Source: an uncultured Candidatus Peribacteria bacterium
GTDB lineage: Bacteria; Patescibacteriota; Gracilibacteria; Absconditabacterales; Absconditicoccaceae
DNA length: 36,298 nucleotides
Assembly (NCBI GenBank): GCA_964455295.1
Contig: CAYVXG010000003.1
Location: forward strand, 8,612-44,909
Reading direction: 5' to 3'
A model generated the notes under the pieces. The model had not been told where the DNA came from. It saw nothing but the letters and a program-made list of their open reading frames with translations, and made no database searches. The translations under genes were made by a program, and so were the position numbers. This document shows positions 1 through 9,926 of the stretch, in pieces. Each line of letters starts with the position of its first letter. Positions within the stretch are counted from its first letter, which is position 1.

Positions 1-206
1 TAATTGGAGTGAGAAAAGATGGAGGATTTAGTATCAAAGCACGTAGTACTCAAGATAACGATCTTATCAAGTTTGCTCATGATGGGGTGGAGGCTGAAGA
101 ATTAGTGTTTGATAAGGAAGGAAATATGATCTGACATAAAAAAGAATCTACTCTGGATCCTGAAGATAATAAGCCTGATAGCTGGGACTTTGATCCTGCT
201 GCCTAA
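1..206 (+). CDS. 3' end of an unidentified CDS (partial, runs off the window start)
   Basis: Frame 3 is open from the window edge to TAA 204-206 (...FAHDGVEAEELVFDKEGNMI[G]HKKESTLDPEDNKPDSWDFDPAA*). One in-frame TGA (132-134) is read as Gly. No family recognised. Confidence 0.5.
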
Positions 207-220
207 ACATTAACACAGGA

Positions 221-256
221 CTAAGATTTATTAAATATAATTTTTCTTAGTTTTTT
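221..256 (+). terminator. weak hairpin plus T-run after the partial CDS
   Basis: ctaaga (221-226) pairs with tcttag (245-250). The loop is 18 nt and is followed by T6 at 251-256. The large loop makes this weak. Confidence 0.3.
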
Positions 257-366
257 CTTATATGAAATTTCAAAATAATCTTGGTTTTGCTTTCTATAAA
301 AATATTATCTAAGATTGCTTCAGATTATATGAGATTATTAAAAAAATTATAAATCTACTTCTGCCT

Positions 367-2019
367 ATGATAAATATTAAGTACCAAAGTGACGACGAAG
401 ATTTACTGACAAGATTACTGAAAGTGAGAGGATTTGATACTCCTCAAGCTCAGTTAGATTTTTTGTCTCCAAACTTCAAAAATGCTCGGCATAGTCCTTG
501 GGGTTTGTCTGATATGGATAAAGCAGTAGTGAGGATTATCCATGCCATCCAAAATAAAGAAAAAATTATGATATTCTGAGATTATGATGCGGATGGGGTA
601 ACGAGTACTTATGTACTCTTTGATTTCTTCCGTACTTTTATAAAATTTGATACTATCAGTGTACAATTACCTCATAGACTGGAAGATGGATATGGTATCA
701 AATCTTATCATCTGGATCAAATCAAAGAAAAAGGAGTGGACCTGGTGATTACTGTAGATAATGGAATTACTGCCATAGAAGAATCTCTCCATGCTCAGGA
801 AATCGGACTTGATCTGATTATTACTGATCATCATCAACCACTTGAACAACATCCTACAGCAGTAGCAGTGGTAAATCCACAAATTTCTCCAGACTATCCT
901 TTTCATGAATTGTGTGGAGTAGGAGTAGTATTTAAACTTATTAATGCTCTTGCAGAAAGACTGGATTTTAGTACGGATATGAAAAAGCAGGTGCTCTACA
1001 GATATTTACCTATCGTAGCAATTGGAACGGTGGCGGATTGTGTTCCTCTCATTGGGGAGAATAGACTTTTTGTGAAAAAAGGACTGGAGATTATTAACAC
1101 CAAGCATCCTCATATGCCTGCTTCTCTCAGATCATTTCTTGAACATTTTAATCTCCACAAAAGACCGCTCACTACCACTGATATATGATACATGATCTGA
1201 CCAAGACTCAATGCTGCAGGAAGAATGCTCTCAGCTTATGAAGCATTTTATGCTCTTAGATATACAGGAGAAAAACAAAAAATATATCTCGAGAAACTAG
1301 GAAAACTTAATTTGGAAAGAAAAGGAATGCAAGATGAGATGATCAAAAAAGGTATTGAACAACTCGATCTGGACAAAAAAATTCTGATCCTTTGTGATGA
1401 AGAATATCATGAAGGAATAGTCTGAATAGTAGCGGGTAGACTAACAGAAAAATACTACAAACCAAGTATGGTCCTCAAAATTGATAGTGAAAAGGGTATT
1501 GGGGTAGCGAGCTTGCGTGGACCTGCATACTTTAGTGTGATTGATATGCTTTATCGTGTAGCGCCTTTACTGGATAGATTTGGTGGACATAAACAAGCAG
1601 GGGGACTTACGGTAAAAGTAGAAAACCTCCAAGAGCTTGTATCTCAGATGGAAGAGTATTGTGAGGAAATAGTAACAGAAGAAATGCTCAGAAGAATTAC
1701 TCATGTAGATACTATCCTTCATGAAGTAGATCTTCTAGAATCTAATTTCCGCCTCATTGATGCCCTCGCTCCCTTTGGAGAAGGTAATCGTGAACCAGCT
1801 TTACTTATTCAAAATGCTGTTATCAAACATAAACAAATAATCTGAAAAACGGGTAAATCTCACCTGAAGCTTTATGCTCAATGTGGGGCAAAACCCATCG
1901 AAATCATCCAGCGAAACAAGGGTGAAAACATTGATAATTTTGCTCTCAATGAAACTTATGATCTTGTGGTCTCTCATAGACGGGACGATCAAGAACGTTG
2001 GTATTTAGTGAGTGAGTAG
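367..2019 (+). CDS. recJ: single-stranded-DNA-specific exonuclease RecJ (DHH/DHHA1)
   Basis: All track fragments (367-579, 736-1188, 1225-1425, 1468-1845) are in frame 1 and separated only by TGA at 577, 1186, 1198, 1423 and 1843. The ORF ends at TAG 2017-2019. Read-through restores RecJ hallmarks: IMIF[G]DYDADGV, ITVDNG, ITDHH, DI[G]YMI[G]PRLNAAGR, EGIV[G]IVAGRL, GGHKQAGG. Confidence 0.92.
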
Positions 2020-2071
2020 TTTTCTAAGGGTGATATATAAAACTAATTATTTATCTTTCATTAAAAAATTT

Positions 2072-3121
2072 ATGTATCAATTTCCAGAACCAATCAAAGA
2101 ACTTCATAAAATATACTCACCAGATTTTCCAGATTTCTTAAGACCTTTTATGGAAGCTCCTGAAATGCAAAGATTAGGCGGAGTATCCCAAACCTGTGGT
2201 ATAGCTTTTACGAAATTTCATAATTACAAATTTTTACTTACCAGACTTGATCATAGTGTAGGAGTAGCTTTGATTATATGGTATTTTACACAAGATAAGA
2301 AGCAGACACTTGCAGGATTATTTCACGATATTAGTCACACAGCCTTTAGTCATGTAGGAGATTTTTTAAGAGGAGATTATGAAAATCAAGAATCCTCGGA
2401 AATATTTCATGATAAAATAATATCAAACTCACCTTCTATTATGAATGAATTAAAAAAACTTTGAATTAATTTTGAGGAGGTAAATGATTATACAAAATAC
2501 CCCATTGCAGATAACAATTGACCCCAACTGGCTTCTGATAGATTAGAATATAATTTTTGTGAACTTATCTGTTATAGTGGAGATCTTGAAAAGGTAAAAA
2601 GATTATATTCAGATATTGTGGTCTTAAAAAATGAGTACGAGGAAGATGAATTAGGCTTCCAAAGCTTGGAGAAAGCGCTTGAATTTGGTAATATAGCTAT
2701 AGATAATGATGCCCAAGTATTTTCAAGTTATGAATCAAAATTAGGTATGTCATTTTTAAGTGAACTCTTGAAAGATGCATTTGAGTCGTGATTATTTACT
2801 TTGAATGATCTTTATCAACTTACAGATATGGAAGTATTCTGAAAAATTGAGCAAGGAGGAAATGATTTACTCATCAAAAAATTAAAATACTTTCAAAATA
2901 TGAGATATTACAAAGTACGAGTTAATAAGCCTAAAATAGGGGAGTTTGTGGTAGATACAAAAAACAAAAGAAGATATATTGACCCTCTTGTAAAAACTAG
3001 AAATGGAAATATAAGACTTTCCAAATTAGATCAATGATTTAAAGAAAGAGCTGATTTACACAAGAATAAAACAGTAGAATGGGTTTCTTGTGATTGGGTT
3101 GAGGAAAGGAGTAAGAAGTAA
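2072..3121 (+). CDS. HD-domain metal-dependent phosphohydrolase (dGTPase/SAMHD1-like HD signature)
   Basis: ATG 2072 (MYQFPEP...) to TAA 3119-3121 in frame 2, with five in-frame TGA. Motifs RLDHSVGVA and LFHDISHTAFSH are present. The track ORF start at 2012 overlaps the recJ end and is probably not used. Confidence 0.8.
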
Positions 3122-3130
3122 TTTTCTTAG

Positions 3131-3300
3131 GGTTGAGGGCGTGTTGATATAAGATATAGTTGATGTATCTCGCAAAATTGTCATCAATAATCTTGATATG
3201 CAGCTAATTTGATAGTAACCCTTAGAATGGAATCTCTACTGAAGGCCTTGAGATATAGCAACCAAATGAATTAATGAACTGAAACATCTAAGTAGTTGAA
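3131..3300 (+). pseudogene. decayed 5'-domain fragment of a 23S rRNA gene (about 170 nt, no remainder of the gene)
   Basis: Exact 19-mer gaactgaaacatctaagta (3276-3294) equals the near-universal 23S helix-region motif GAACUGAAACAUCUAAGUA. Upstream there are colinear but degraded matches to the 23S 5' end: ggttgagggcg vs GGUUAAGCG/GGGCG, gatgtatctcgca vs GGAUGCCUUGGCA, gatatgc, ttagaatggaa vs CCGAAUGGGGAA. The conserved GAUGAAGGACG block is not recognisable. Confidence 0.5.
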
Positions 3301-3321
3301 GCTGCGTATTTATTTTTTCTC

Positions 3322-3347
3322 AAGTCGGTTTTTTATCCGGCTTTTTT
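3322..3347 (+). terminator. intrinsic terminator-like hairpin after the 23S-like relic
   Basis: aagtcgg (3322-3328) pairs with ccggctt (3337-3343) with one G-U. The loop is 8 nt and a T-run extends to 3347. Confidence 0.5.
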
Positions 3348-3461
3348 CTTCATTTTAACTTTCCATTGACTTTCTCCTCCCAATATTCATGATGATGGTG
3401 CTAAAGTAGATCTTTAATATCACCTATAAAATAAATTCCATAAACCAAAAAAATAAACTAT

Positions 3462-4193
3462 ATGAAAAAAATTACACTTTTATGTGTTTTTCTATGCTTT
3501 ATAGCATATGGGAATGCTCAACAAAATACTGATACTGAGATGGTTTCCATCTTAGAGCACAAAATTACTCTAGACAATATCTCTCCGGAGATAGAAAAAT
3601 TGTTCCTCAGGGGCTTTCATGTTGCGACCACGTCCAAAATGAGAGCTTGGGTGCAAGACATCCAGCAACTCAATGAAGAACAATATACACAGTACCTCAA
3701 TTATTGGGCATATTTTGACGCACAAAAATATTCGACCCCTACTGATACGGCATTAATAATAATGCTACAACGAATTCCACTATCTCAAAAGTTTTTTGGC
3801 AAGATGCCTAACAAACTGACAGATAAAGAGTTAGCTCAGTTAGGGAATGTAATGATTAACAACCACTTGGCTGTGTCGGTCGATAAAAAAACCTGGCTTT
3901 ACAGTAAAAATTTGTGCTTGTCTTCTTATTTGGATCTTAATACTATCCAATTTGATACACGCGCAAGTTATATTGAACACCATGTAAGTGTGGATTTGTT
4001 AGATAATTTCAGCGATAAACCGTATTTTGAAATAGTTCATTATGACGTGTGTCGTCTTATGTCGGCATCTCAGTTAAATGTTGTACCTATTTCTAATACT
4101 AAAAAAGTGATATTACGCTACAATCTTGGAGCAATCCTAATTGCCGGAGGAGAGAGATTTATTCTTTCTCAATTAAAATTTACATCAAGTTAA
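3462..4193 (+). CDS. secreted hypothetical protein (signal peptide)
   Basis: Intact 243-aa ORF with no TGA. The N-terminus MKKITLLCVFLCFIAYGNAQQ is a classic signal peptide ending A-x-AQ. A strong terminator follows. Confidence 0.75.
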   Translation: MKKITLLCVFLCFIAYGNAQQNTDTEMVSILEHKITLDNISPEIEKLFLRGFHVATTSKMRAWVQDIQQLNEEQYTQYLNYWAYFDAQKYSTPTDTALIIMLQRIPLSQKFFGKMPNKLTDKELAQLGNVMINNHLAVSVDKKTWLYSKNLCLSSYLDLNTIQFDTRASYIEHHVSVDLLDNFSDKPYFEIVHYDVCRLMSASQLNVVPISNTKKVILRYNLGAILIAGGERFILSQLKFTSS

Positions 4194-4229
4194 GAACTAT
4201 TTTAGTATAATCAGTTTCTAATAACCTAA

Positions 4230-4256
4230 GTAGAGGGTCTTTTCCCTCTACTTTTT
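4230..4256 (+). terminator. rho-independent terminator
   Basis: gtagaggg (4230-4237) pairs with ccctctac (4244-4251). The loop is 6 nt, followed by T5 at 4252-4256. Confidence 0.85.
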
Positions 4257-4286
4257 CATTATGTAAAATGTGATTAAAAAAACTTG

Positions 4287-4315
4287 TTGACTTTAGGGAT
4301 ATAAAACCATATAAT
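4287..4315 (+). promoter_or_regulatory. sigma70-type promoter
   Basis: TTGACT (4287-4292), a 17-nt spacer, then TATAAT (4310-4315). It lies 35 nt upstream of ATG 4351. Confidence 0.7.
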
Positions 4316-4350
4316 TCATTATTGATGATTTATTACTTATCAAGTATCCG

Positions 4351-5580
4351 ATGGATGATAAGCTGAATCCTACTCCTGTTAAAGTAAAGCCAGAAACAAT
4401 AAAAAACTTTTCCAAACAATTTCTCACTGGATTAGCTGCTTTTTCTGCTCTCTTGAGCACTCAAGCTAACGCACAGACCAATAAAATGTCTCCTCAGATT
4501 GCCCAACAATGGGAACAGAAAACCCAAGATGCAAAAGCTCACCAAGATGATGTATATCAATGCCTCCTACCCAATCATGATCACAGCACTCATGCTGATT
4601 CTGATCATGATAATCTGGATACTCGTAATGCGATGTATACGGATTGTGATACAGTAAGAGTATATGATCTGATTGTAGATGACAAAGAACGTAAAGATAA
4701 AGGTGAGTTTGAATACCTCATAGATAGTATGTATGCTGCAGAAGGAAGAAAGCGTAAACATCTTGGTAAAACCGTAGTACCTGTTACAGATGATGTAGCA
4801 AAACGGGCTATGAACAATACAGTAATGGCTATGCATTCAGATGCGATGTATTTTTTCCGTAACAATGTAAGAGATAGTCTTCCACCCTTAATCCAAGAAG
4901 CTTTAACATATATTTTGGAAACCTATAGACCTGATATTATCAATATAACTGTGCCAGGATTTGTATCTGGAGGAGCAACTATGGGACCAAATTGGAGCAC
5001 AGGAAATCCCGTATATTCCAATCAAGTAAATGTAACTGTCATATCCAATACTCAATGGGATAGTGATGATGTGGAAAAACAAAAAAGATATTATTGGTTA
5101 AAACTCCACGAAGAAGGACATCTCCAAGGAAAACAGCACCCTGATAAATCAAGTCCTTGTCCATGACGAATAGTTCTTCCCGAATGGAAAGGATATATGG
5201 CGAGCTCCATGTGGTGGGACCTAACTCTTGATGATACTCAAATGAATAAGGAGAATTCACTCAAAGCTACTCCATTATTTCTCAAACAAAACGAAAAAAG
5301 AGAGTCTGACTGTACAGTTTCACTCGCAAATCCAGATCTCAATGAAGTAGAAATCAGTTTATTCCCAAATCCTGCTTCTACTAGCATTACTATTCATAAT
5401 CCAGATAATCTCATCAATATCCCTAAAGTAAGCATCACTGACATGATGGGGAATACACAAAAAGCTGGTATGCAAGAAGATAATACTATCAATCTCCAAC
5501 ATTTACCTGGAGGTGTTTATTTCATACAATTACCTCTCAAAAATGGTAAGATGAAAGTAGTGCGTATTGTAAAAGTGTAA
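4351..5580 (+). CDS. secreted HExxH-motif (putative zinc metallopeptidase) protein with T9SS-type (Por) C-terminal sorting domain
   Basis: Track ORFs 4351-5166 and 5197-5580 share frame 1 and are joined through one TGA (5164-5166). Signal-like N-terminus ...LTGLAAFSALLSTQANAQ. HEEGH at 5107-5121. The C-terminal ~80 aa (ISLFPNPASTSITI...ITDMMGN...LQHLPGGVYFIQLPLKNGKMKVVRIVKV) matches the type A T9SS CTD pattern. Confidence 0.75.
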
Positions 5581-5648
5581 TATAATCTGAAATAGTGGGG
5601 AGTTTTCTTAGTGTTTTCATTATTATTCTGAAAATTCATAATTAATAG

Positions 5649-5676
5649 TCTCAGTAATTTATTATTGAGATTTTTT
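5649..5676 (+). terminator. rho-independent terminator
   Basis: tctcagta (5649-5656) pairs with tattgaga (5663-5670) with one G-U, followed by T6 at 5671-5676. Confidence 0.65.
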
Positions 5677-5677
5677 A

Positions 5678-5773
5678 ATGAAGAAGCCAGTTGTTATTTG
5701 AATTGACGGTATACATAGGTCGGGAAAAGGTACTCAAAATAAACTCATTCTCAGTAATTTTTTATTTTTTTAA
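5678..5773 (+). pseudogene. truncated N-terminal fragment of a P-loop nucleotide kinase
   Basis: 31-codon ORF MKKPVVI[G]IDGIHRSGKGTQNKLILSNFLFF*. It contains only a Walker-A/GKGTQ start and then stops. The 12-bp direct repeat tctcagtaattt occurs at 5649-5660 and 5749-5760, one copy just upstream and one inside the 3' end of the ORF. Confidence 0.45.
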
Positions 5774-6509
5774 ATATGACTTTAGATAAAATTAAACTCT
5801 TAATCTAATACATTATTTTAGCAAACTCTAAAGATTTCTTATATACAAAAAATAATATGATGCCATCCATGAAAATGTAATTCTTTAGTATGCTGTATAT
5901 AAAATGGTTGATAATCGGTGCCAATGAAGCAATTGTAGGAGCTACAGCTTTAACTCATAATCTAAATTATATAGTAAAATATAATTCAGAGGTGGAAGAA
6001 GGAAAAGGACTTCGCAAAGAATTCCTTAGTAAAGCTTCTTTACTTTAGAGAAAATAATTAAAATTGAAAATGTTTTCTCAAAAACTAAAGCTATTAGAGC
6101 GAAAAAAAATGCATCCTGAAGATATGACATTAAGTAATGCAGATACTCTTTTAAATTACTTTCTACTACCCTTATTTTCTTTGCGGAAAAATATTTAAAA
6201 GAAGTAAAAGTAGATATTCATCATCGTTGCTTATCAAATCACTAGTAGATAAATGACTCTTTTAGAAAAAGGTATTTATTTTTTCATATTCTGTATGAAA
6301 AAATAAATATTTAAAATTTGTGATAGATAATTTAAAGAATATGGAGTAATATGTTGGAAACTTTAAAAGATGAAGATCTAACAGAGGTGTTGGAAACTTC
6401 TAATATTTTATAAATAATCAATTTTCTCTCTCCTTACTAGGTAAGTAACAAATAATATTAGATTTCTTATTACTTTCATTACTTTTCTGAAATATAATTT
6501 TTATATTGT

Positions 6510-6526
6510 CAATAATTTAATTATTG
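6510..6526. promoter_or_regulatory. perfect 8-1-8 palindrome just upstream of the RNR gene (candidate operator or 5'-UTR hairpin)
   Basis: caataatt-t-aattattg at 6510-6526. It lies between a TATAAT at 6493-6498 and ATG 6538. Confidence 0.3.
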
Positions 6527-6537
6527 TTGATAGTATA

Positions 6538-8244
6538 ATGAAAAAATTTAATTACTCAAAACAATCAATAGAAGTTCTTCAAAAGGGGAATATTTTATGA
6601 AAAAACGAACTACCCGAAGACATGATTACAAGAATCATTACATCAACTGCAAAAATTGAAATAGATTATTTTAATCAAGATCCTGCTGCATTAAGACATT
6701 TCTTATCTTCTCTGGAAGATTATTTGATTACAAAAAAGATCGTTCCTAGTACTCCAATATTAACAAATTTGTGAAGAGTAAATGGGTATCCTATGTCAGC
6801 TTGTATTGTTCCAGATATTGATTTTACTCACAATAAAAAAAATATAAAGGCAATCATTGATTCTCTTCATTTAGAAGGGATGGGAACTGGTTTTAATTTT
6901 TCTGAATTACAGGAACCCCATAAAATAATTTATTTTTTAAATGATATTGCTAATGAATTACAAAATTCTTGAAAACAAAATAGACCAGTAGGTAATATGG
7001 GAATTATGAATATTTATGATAAAAATATTGAGAATTTTATTGATCTAAAAATAGAATGAATTAATAAAAAGATAGATTGGAAATTTAATTTTTCAATTGA
7101 TATTGATAATGCTTTTATAGATTCTTTAAGTAATAATAAAAATATAATATTGACAAATGGCGTATCAATAAGCGCAAGAAAACTTTTCAAAAAAATCTGT
7201 TTTTCGGCTTATGAATGCGGAGATCCAGGTATTGTGCGTTTAGACTTAATGAACAAAGATAATCCACTTGAAAGTATTTCTAAATACATAGCTACTGCTC
7301 CTTGCGGGGAAGTTGGATTAGCTGCTTGAGAGACATGCCAATTTTCTTCAATAAATATTTCAGAGTGCGTAAAGTCATCATATAATGGAAAAATTGAAAT
7401 AAATTATGAACTTTTAAAAAATATTACTCATCTGCTTGTGCGCTTTTTGGATGATATGCTTGAACATAGTATCAAAAATTATTCCCAATCTAGGGTAAGA
7501 GAAATTGCTATTATGAAAAGAAAAATATGAATTTGAGTTTGTGGATTTGCAGATTTTTTAATTAAAATGAATCTACCTTATGAGTCTCCAGAAGCAATTC
7601 AAAAAGCAGAGGAAATTATGAGCTTCATAAATCTTGAATCCAAGAAAGCTAGTATTGAATTAGCAAAAACTAGAGGAGCATTTCCAAAAATTCAAAATTC
7701 AAAATTAATTAATTCTTTATTTTACTCAGAGAGATTTTGAGAATCTAATAATAATTGGCAGAAAATTGACTCTAATATTCAGAAGTTCTGAATTAGAAAT
7801 AGTTCCACAACTGCGCTCCCACCTACCTGAAGAAGTAGTATTATTTTTGATACCTCACAACAAATCGAACCCATATTTCATTTAAGAGATAATAATTGAG
7901 AAATTAGAGCAGATTTAGATAAATGTTTGAAAAATACTTATCAGGGAGTATATTTTAATGACGTTATAGAAGTTATTGCTAATACGTGAAGCTGTCAATG
8001 AGTAGATTTTCTTCAAAAAGAAATATATAAGACATCAAAGGAAATATCCTCTTTAGGACATATAAATATGTTACTAGCATTTCAAAAATACACTGATGAA
8101 GCTATTTCTAAAACAATAAATTTACCTAATAACTCCACCCTTGAAGAAATAATGGATATATATAATCAAGCTTTTGAAAAAAAACTAAAATGAATAACAA
8201 TTTATAGAGATTCGAGCAGAGAGTTTCAACCAATTAAGCTTTAA
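6538..8244 (+). CDS. nrdJ: class II (adenosylcobalamin-type) ribonucleotide reductase, short form
   Basis: ATG 6538 to TAA 8242-8244, frame 1, 568 codons. It is invisible in the standard-code track because of about 14 in-frame TGA. The table-25 translation shows PMSACIV, ATAPCGEV (canonical NPCGE loop), ETCQFSSINI, RKI[G]I[G]VCGFADFL, STTALPPT[G]RSS, SKTINLP and LK[G]ITIYRDSS. Confidence 0.8.
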
Positions 8245-8259
8245 TTTTTTAAAAAAAAC

Positions 8260-8823
8260 ATGAATTTAGTACTTAATAAAAATATTTGACTGGTGGGAGT
8301 AAGTGGAGTTGGGAAATCTACTTTTGTAGAAAATTTTAAAGATATATTATTTCATTACTTATCTCTTTCATCATTTGTTAGAGAGGAGACAGTAAAAAAG
8401 AATTTGGTTCCACACAGAGAAAACTTTGCTTTTGTTTCTTGAGAATTAAGAAAGACACTTGGAAATGACTATTTAGCTAAATTAGCTTATAATGTTATCA
8501 GAGGGAATAATGATTTTTATATTATTGATGGAATAAGACATCCTGAGGAAATAGAATATCTTAGGGGACATATGTATATTGACTTTATAGGAATTATAGT
8601 TGAAGATAAAAAAGATTTAACTGCAAGAATTTTAAATAGGAAAAGACCTACTGATATTCTTAAGGTGGATAATATTTTAAAAAGTATTAATAGAGAATAT
8701 TCTTCTGATATAATGAATGTAAAGAAATGCCTTGAACTATCTAATATAATTATAAGTAATAATTGAACTCTTGAGGAGTTTAAAACTAAAATATCAATAC
8801 TAATGCATGATTATATAGTCTAA
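8260..8823 (+). CDS. P-loop nucleotide/nucleoside kinase (UPF0200 / dephospho-CoA-kinase-like family)
   Basis: ATG 8260 to TAA 8821-8823, with 3 in-frame TGA. Walker A I[G]LVGVSGVGKST. IIDGIRHPEEIEYLR and NN[G]TLEEFKTKI resemble the UPF0200-type kinases. Confidence 0.7.
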
Positions 8824-8874
8824 AATTCTATTGAATAGACCTTAGTCCCTTTTTTATTTTAAATAATTAAAAAA

Positions 8875-9330
8875 ATGTCTAATTATTATCAATATTGTAT
8901 AAAATTTGTTATTTTTAATATAGAATGCAATAAAATACTTTTATGTAAAAGAAAATGAGAAAATGATTTTAATAATACATATAGTTTTGCTGGTTGAAAA
9001 CTAGAAAACTCTGATAAAGATATCTGGATATGAGCTAGTAGAGAGAAGACGGAAGAACTTTGAAATAATTGTAGGATAGAAGTATATAAGGAGTTAGCTA
9101 TATCTCAGTATTATATTAAAAATAATTGAGTCCACATGATTTTGTCTCATCATTTTTGTATTTTTTTATGAGGGCTAATACGCCTTGGAGAAGAATATGA
9201 ATCTTATAAATGGTTTAATCTAGACCAAATATGAGAAGAAAAAAATATTATCCCTACGATTCCTATTATAGTCAAAAAAATGCAGTCATTTATTCGTTCG
9301 TTAAATAAATTTACTCGCATTAAGTTGTAA
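8875..9330 (+). CDS. Nudix hydrolase
   Basis: ATG 8875 to TAA 9328-9330, with 7 in-frame TGA. Nudix box AG[G]KLENSDKDIWI[G]ASREKTEEL[G]N (REx2EExG). Confidence 0.75.
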
Positions 9331-9366
9331 AAATAGGAAGATATTTATATATTATAATTTTATAGT

Positions 9367-9915
9367 ATGTTTACTGAAATAGAAATTAAATTCTTAAATC
9401 AAAATTATGAAGAATTTACTGATTTAATGAAAAAAAATAATGCTCAACAAATCCAGCATAGGAACCTTTTTAAAAGGTTAGTATATTCTCCTATTATATC
9501 TAGTAAATTTAAATCATTTTTGAGACTTAGAACTAACTGAGAATATACTGCATTAACCTATAAAATTCTTGAAGGGTATAGTGTAGATGGCATAAAAGAA
9601 TTAGAGACTACAGTAGGAGATTTTGAAGTTACTAAAAAATTACTTTCTTTTATTGGATTAGAGCCTACTTCTTATCAAGAAAATTATAGAGAGATCTGGA
9701 AAATAAAAAATACTGAGATATGTTTTGATGAACGACCGATGATAAAGCCCTATGTAGAAATAGAATCTCCCACTTTGGAGGAGCTAAAGGAAATCTGTAC
9801 TTCCTTAGGTTATAATTATGAGGAATGAGTATTTGGTACAGTAGATAATGTTTATGAGCAAGAATTATGACTTAATAAAGAAGAATTTAATGCTATTCCT
9901 TATTTAGTTTTTTAA
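9367..9915 (+). CDS. CYTH-domain protein (triphosphate tunnel metalloenzyme / class IV cyclase-like)
   Basis: ATG 9367 to TAA 9913-9915, with 3 in-frame TGA. The N-terminal EIEIKF matches the ExExK CYTH signature. At about 180 aa it is typical CYTH size. Confidence 0.7.
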
Positions 9916-9926
9916 TAAATTACTTG

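Noticed and set aside
3365-3394. TTGACT at 3366-3371 could be the promoter of the secreted-protein gene at 3462.
   Set aside because: The sequence 17 nt downstream (atgatg) is a poor -10 box and no better-spaced TATAAT exists, so the feature is not supported well enough to list.
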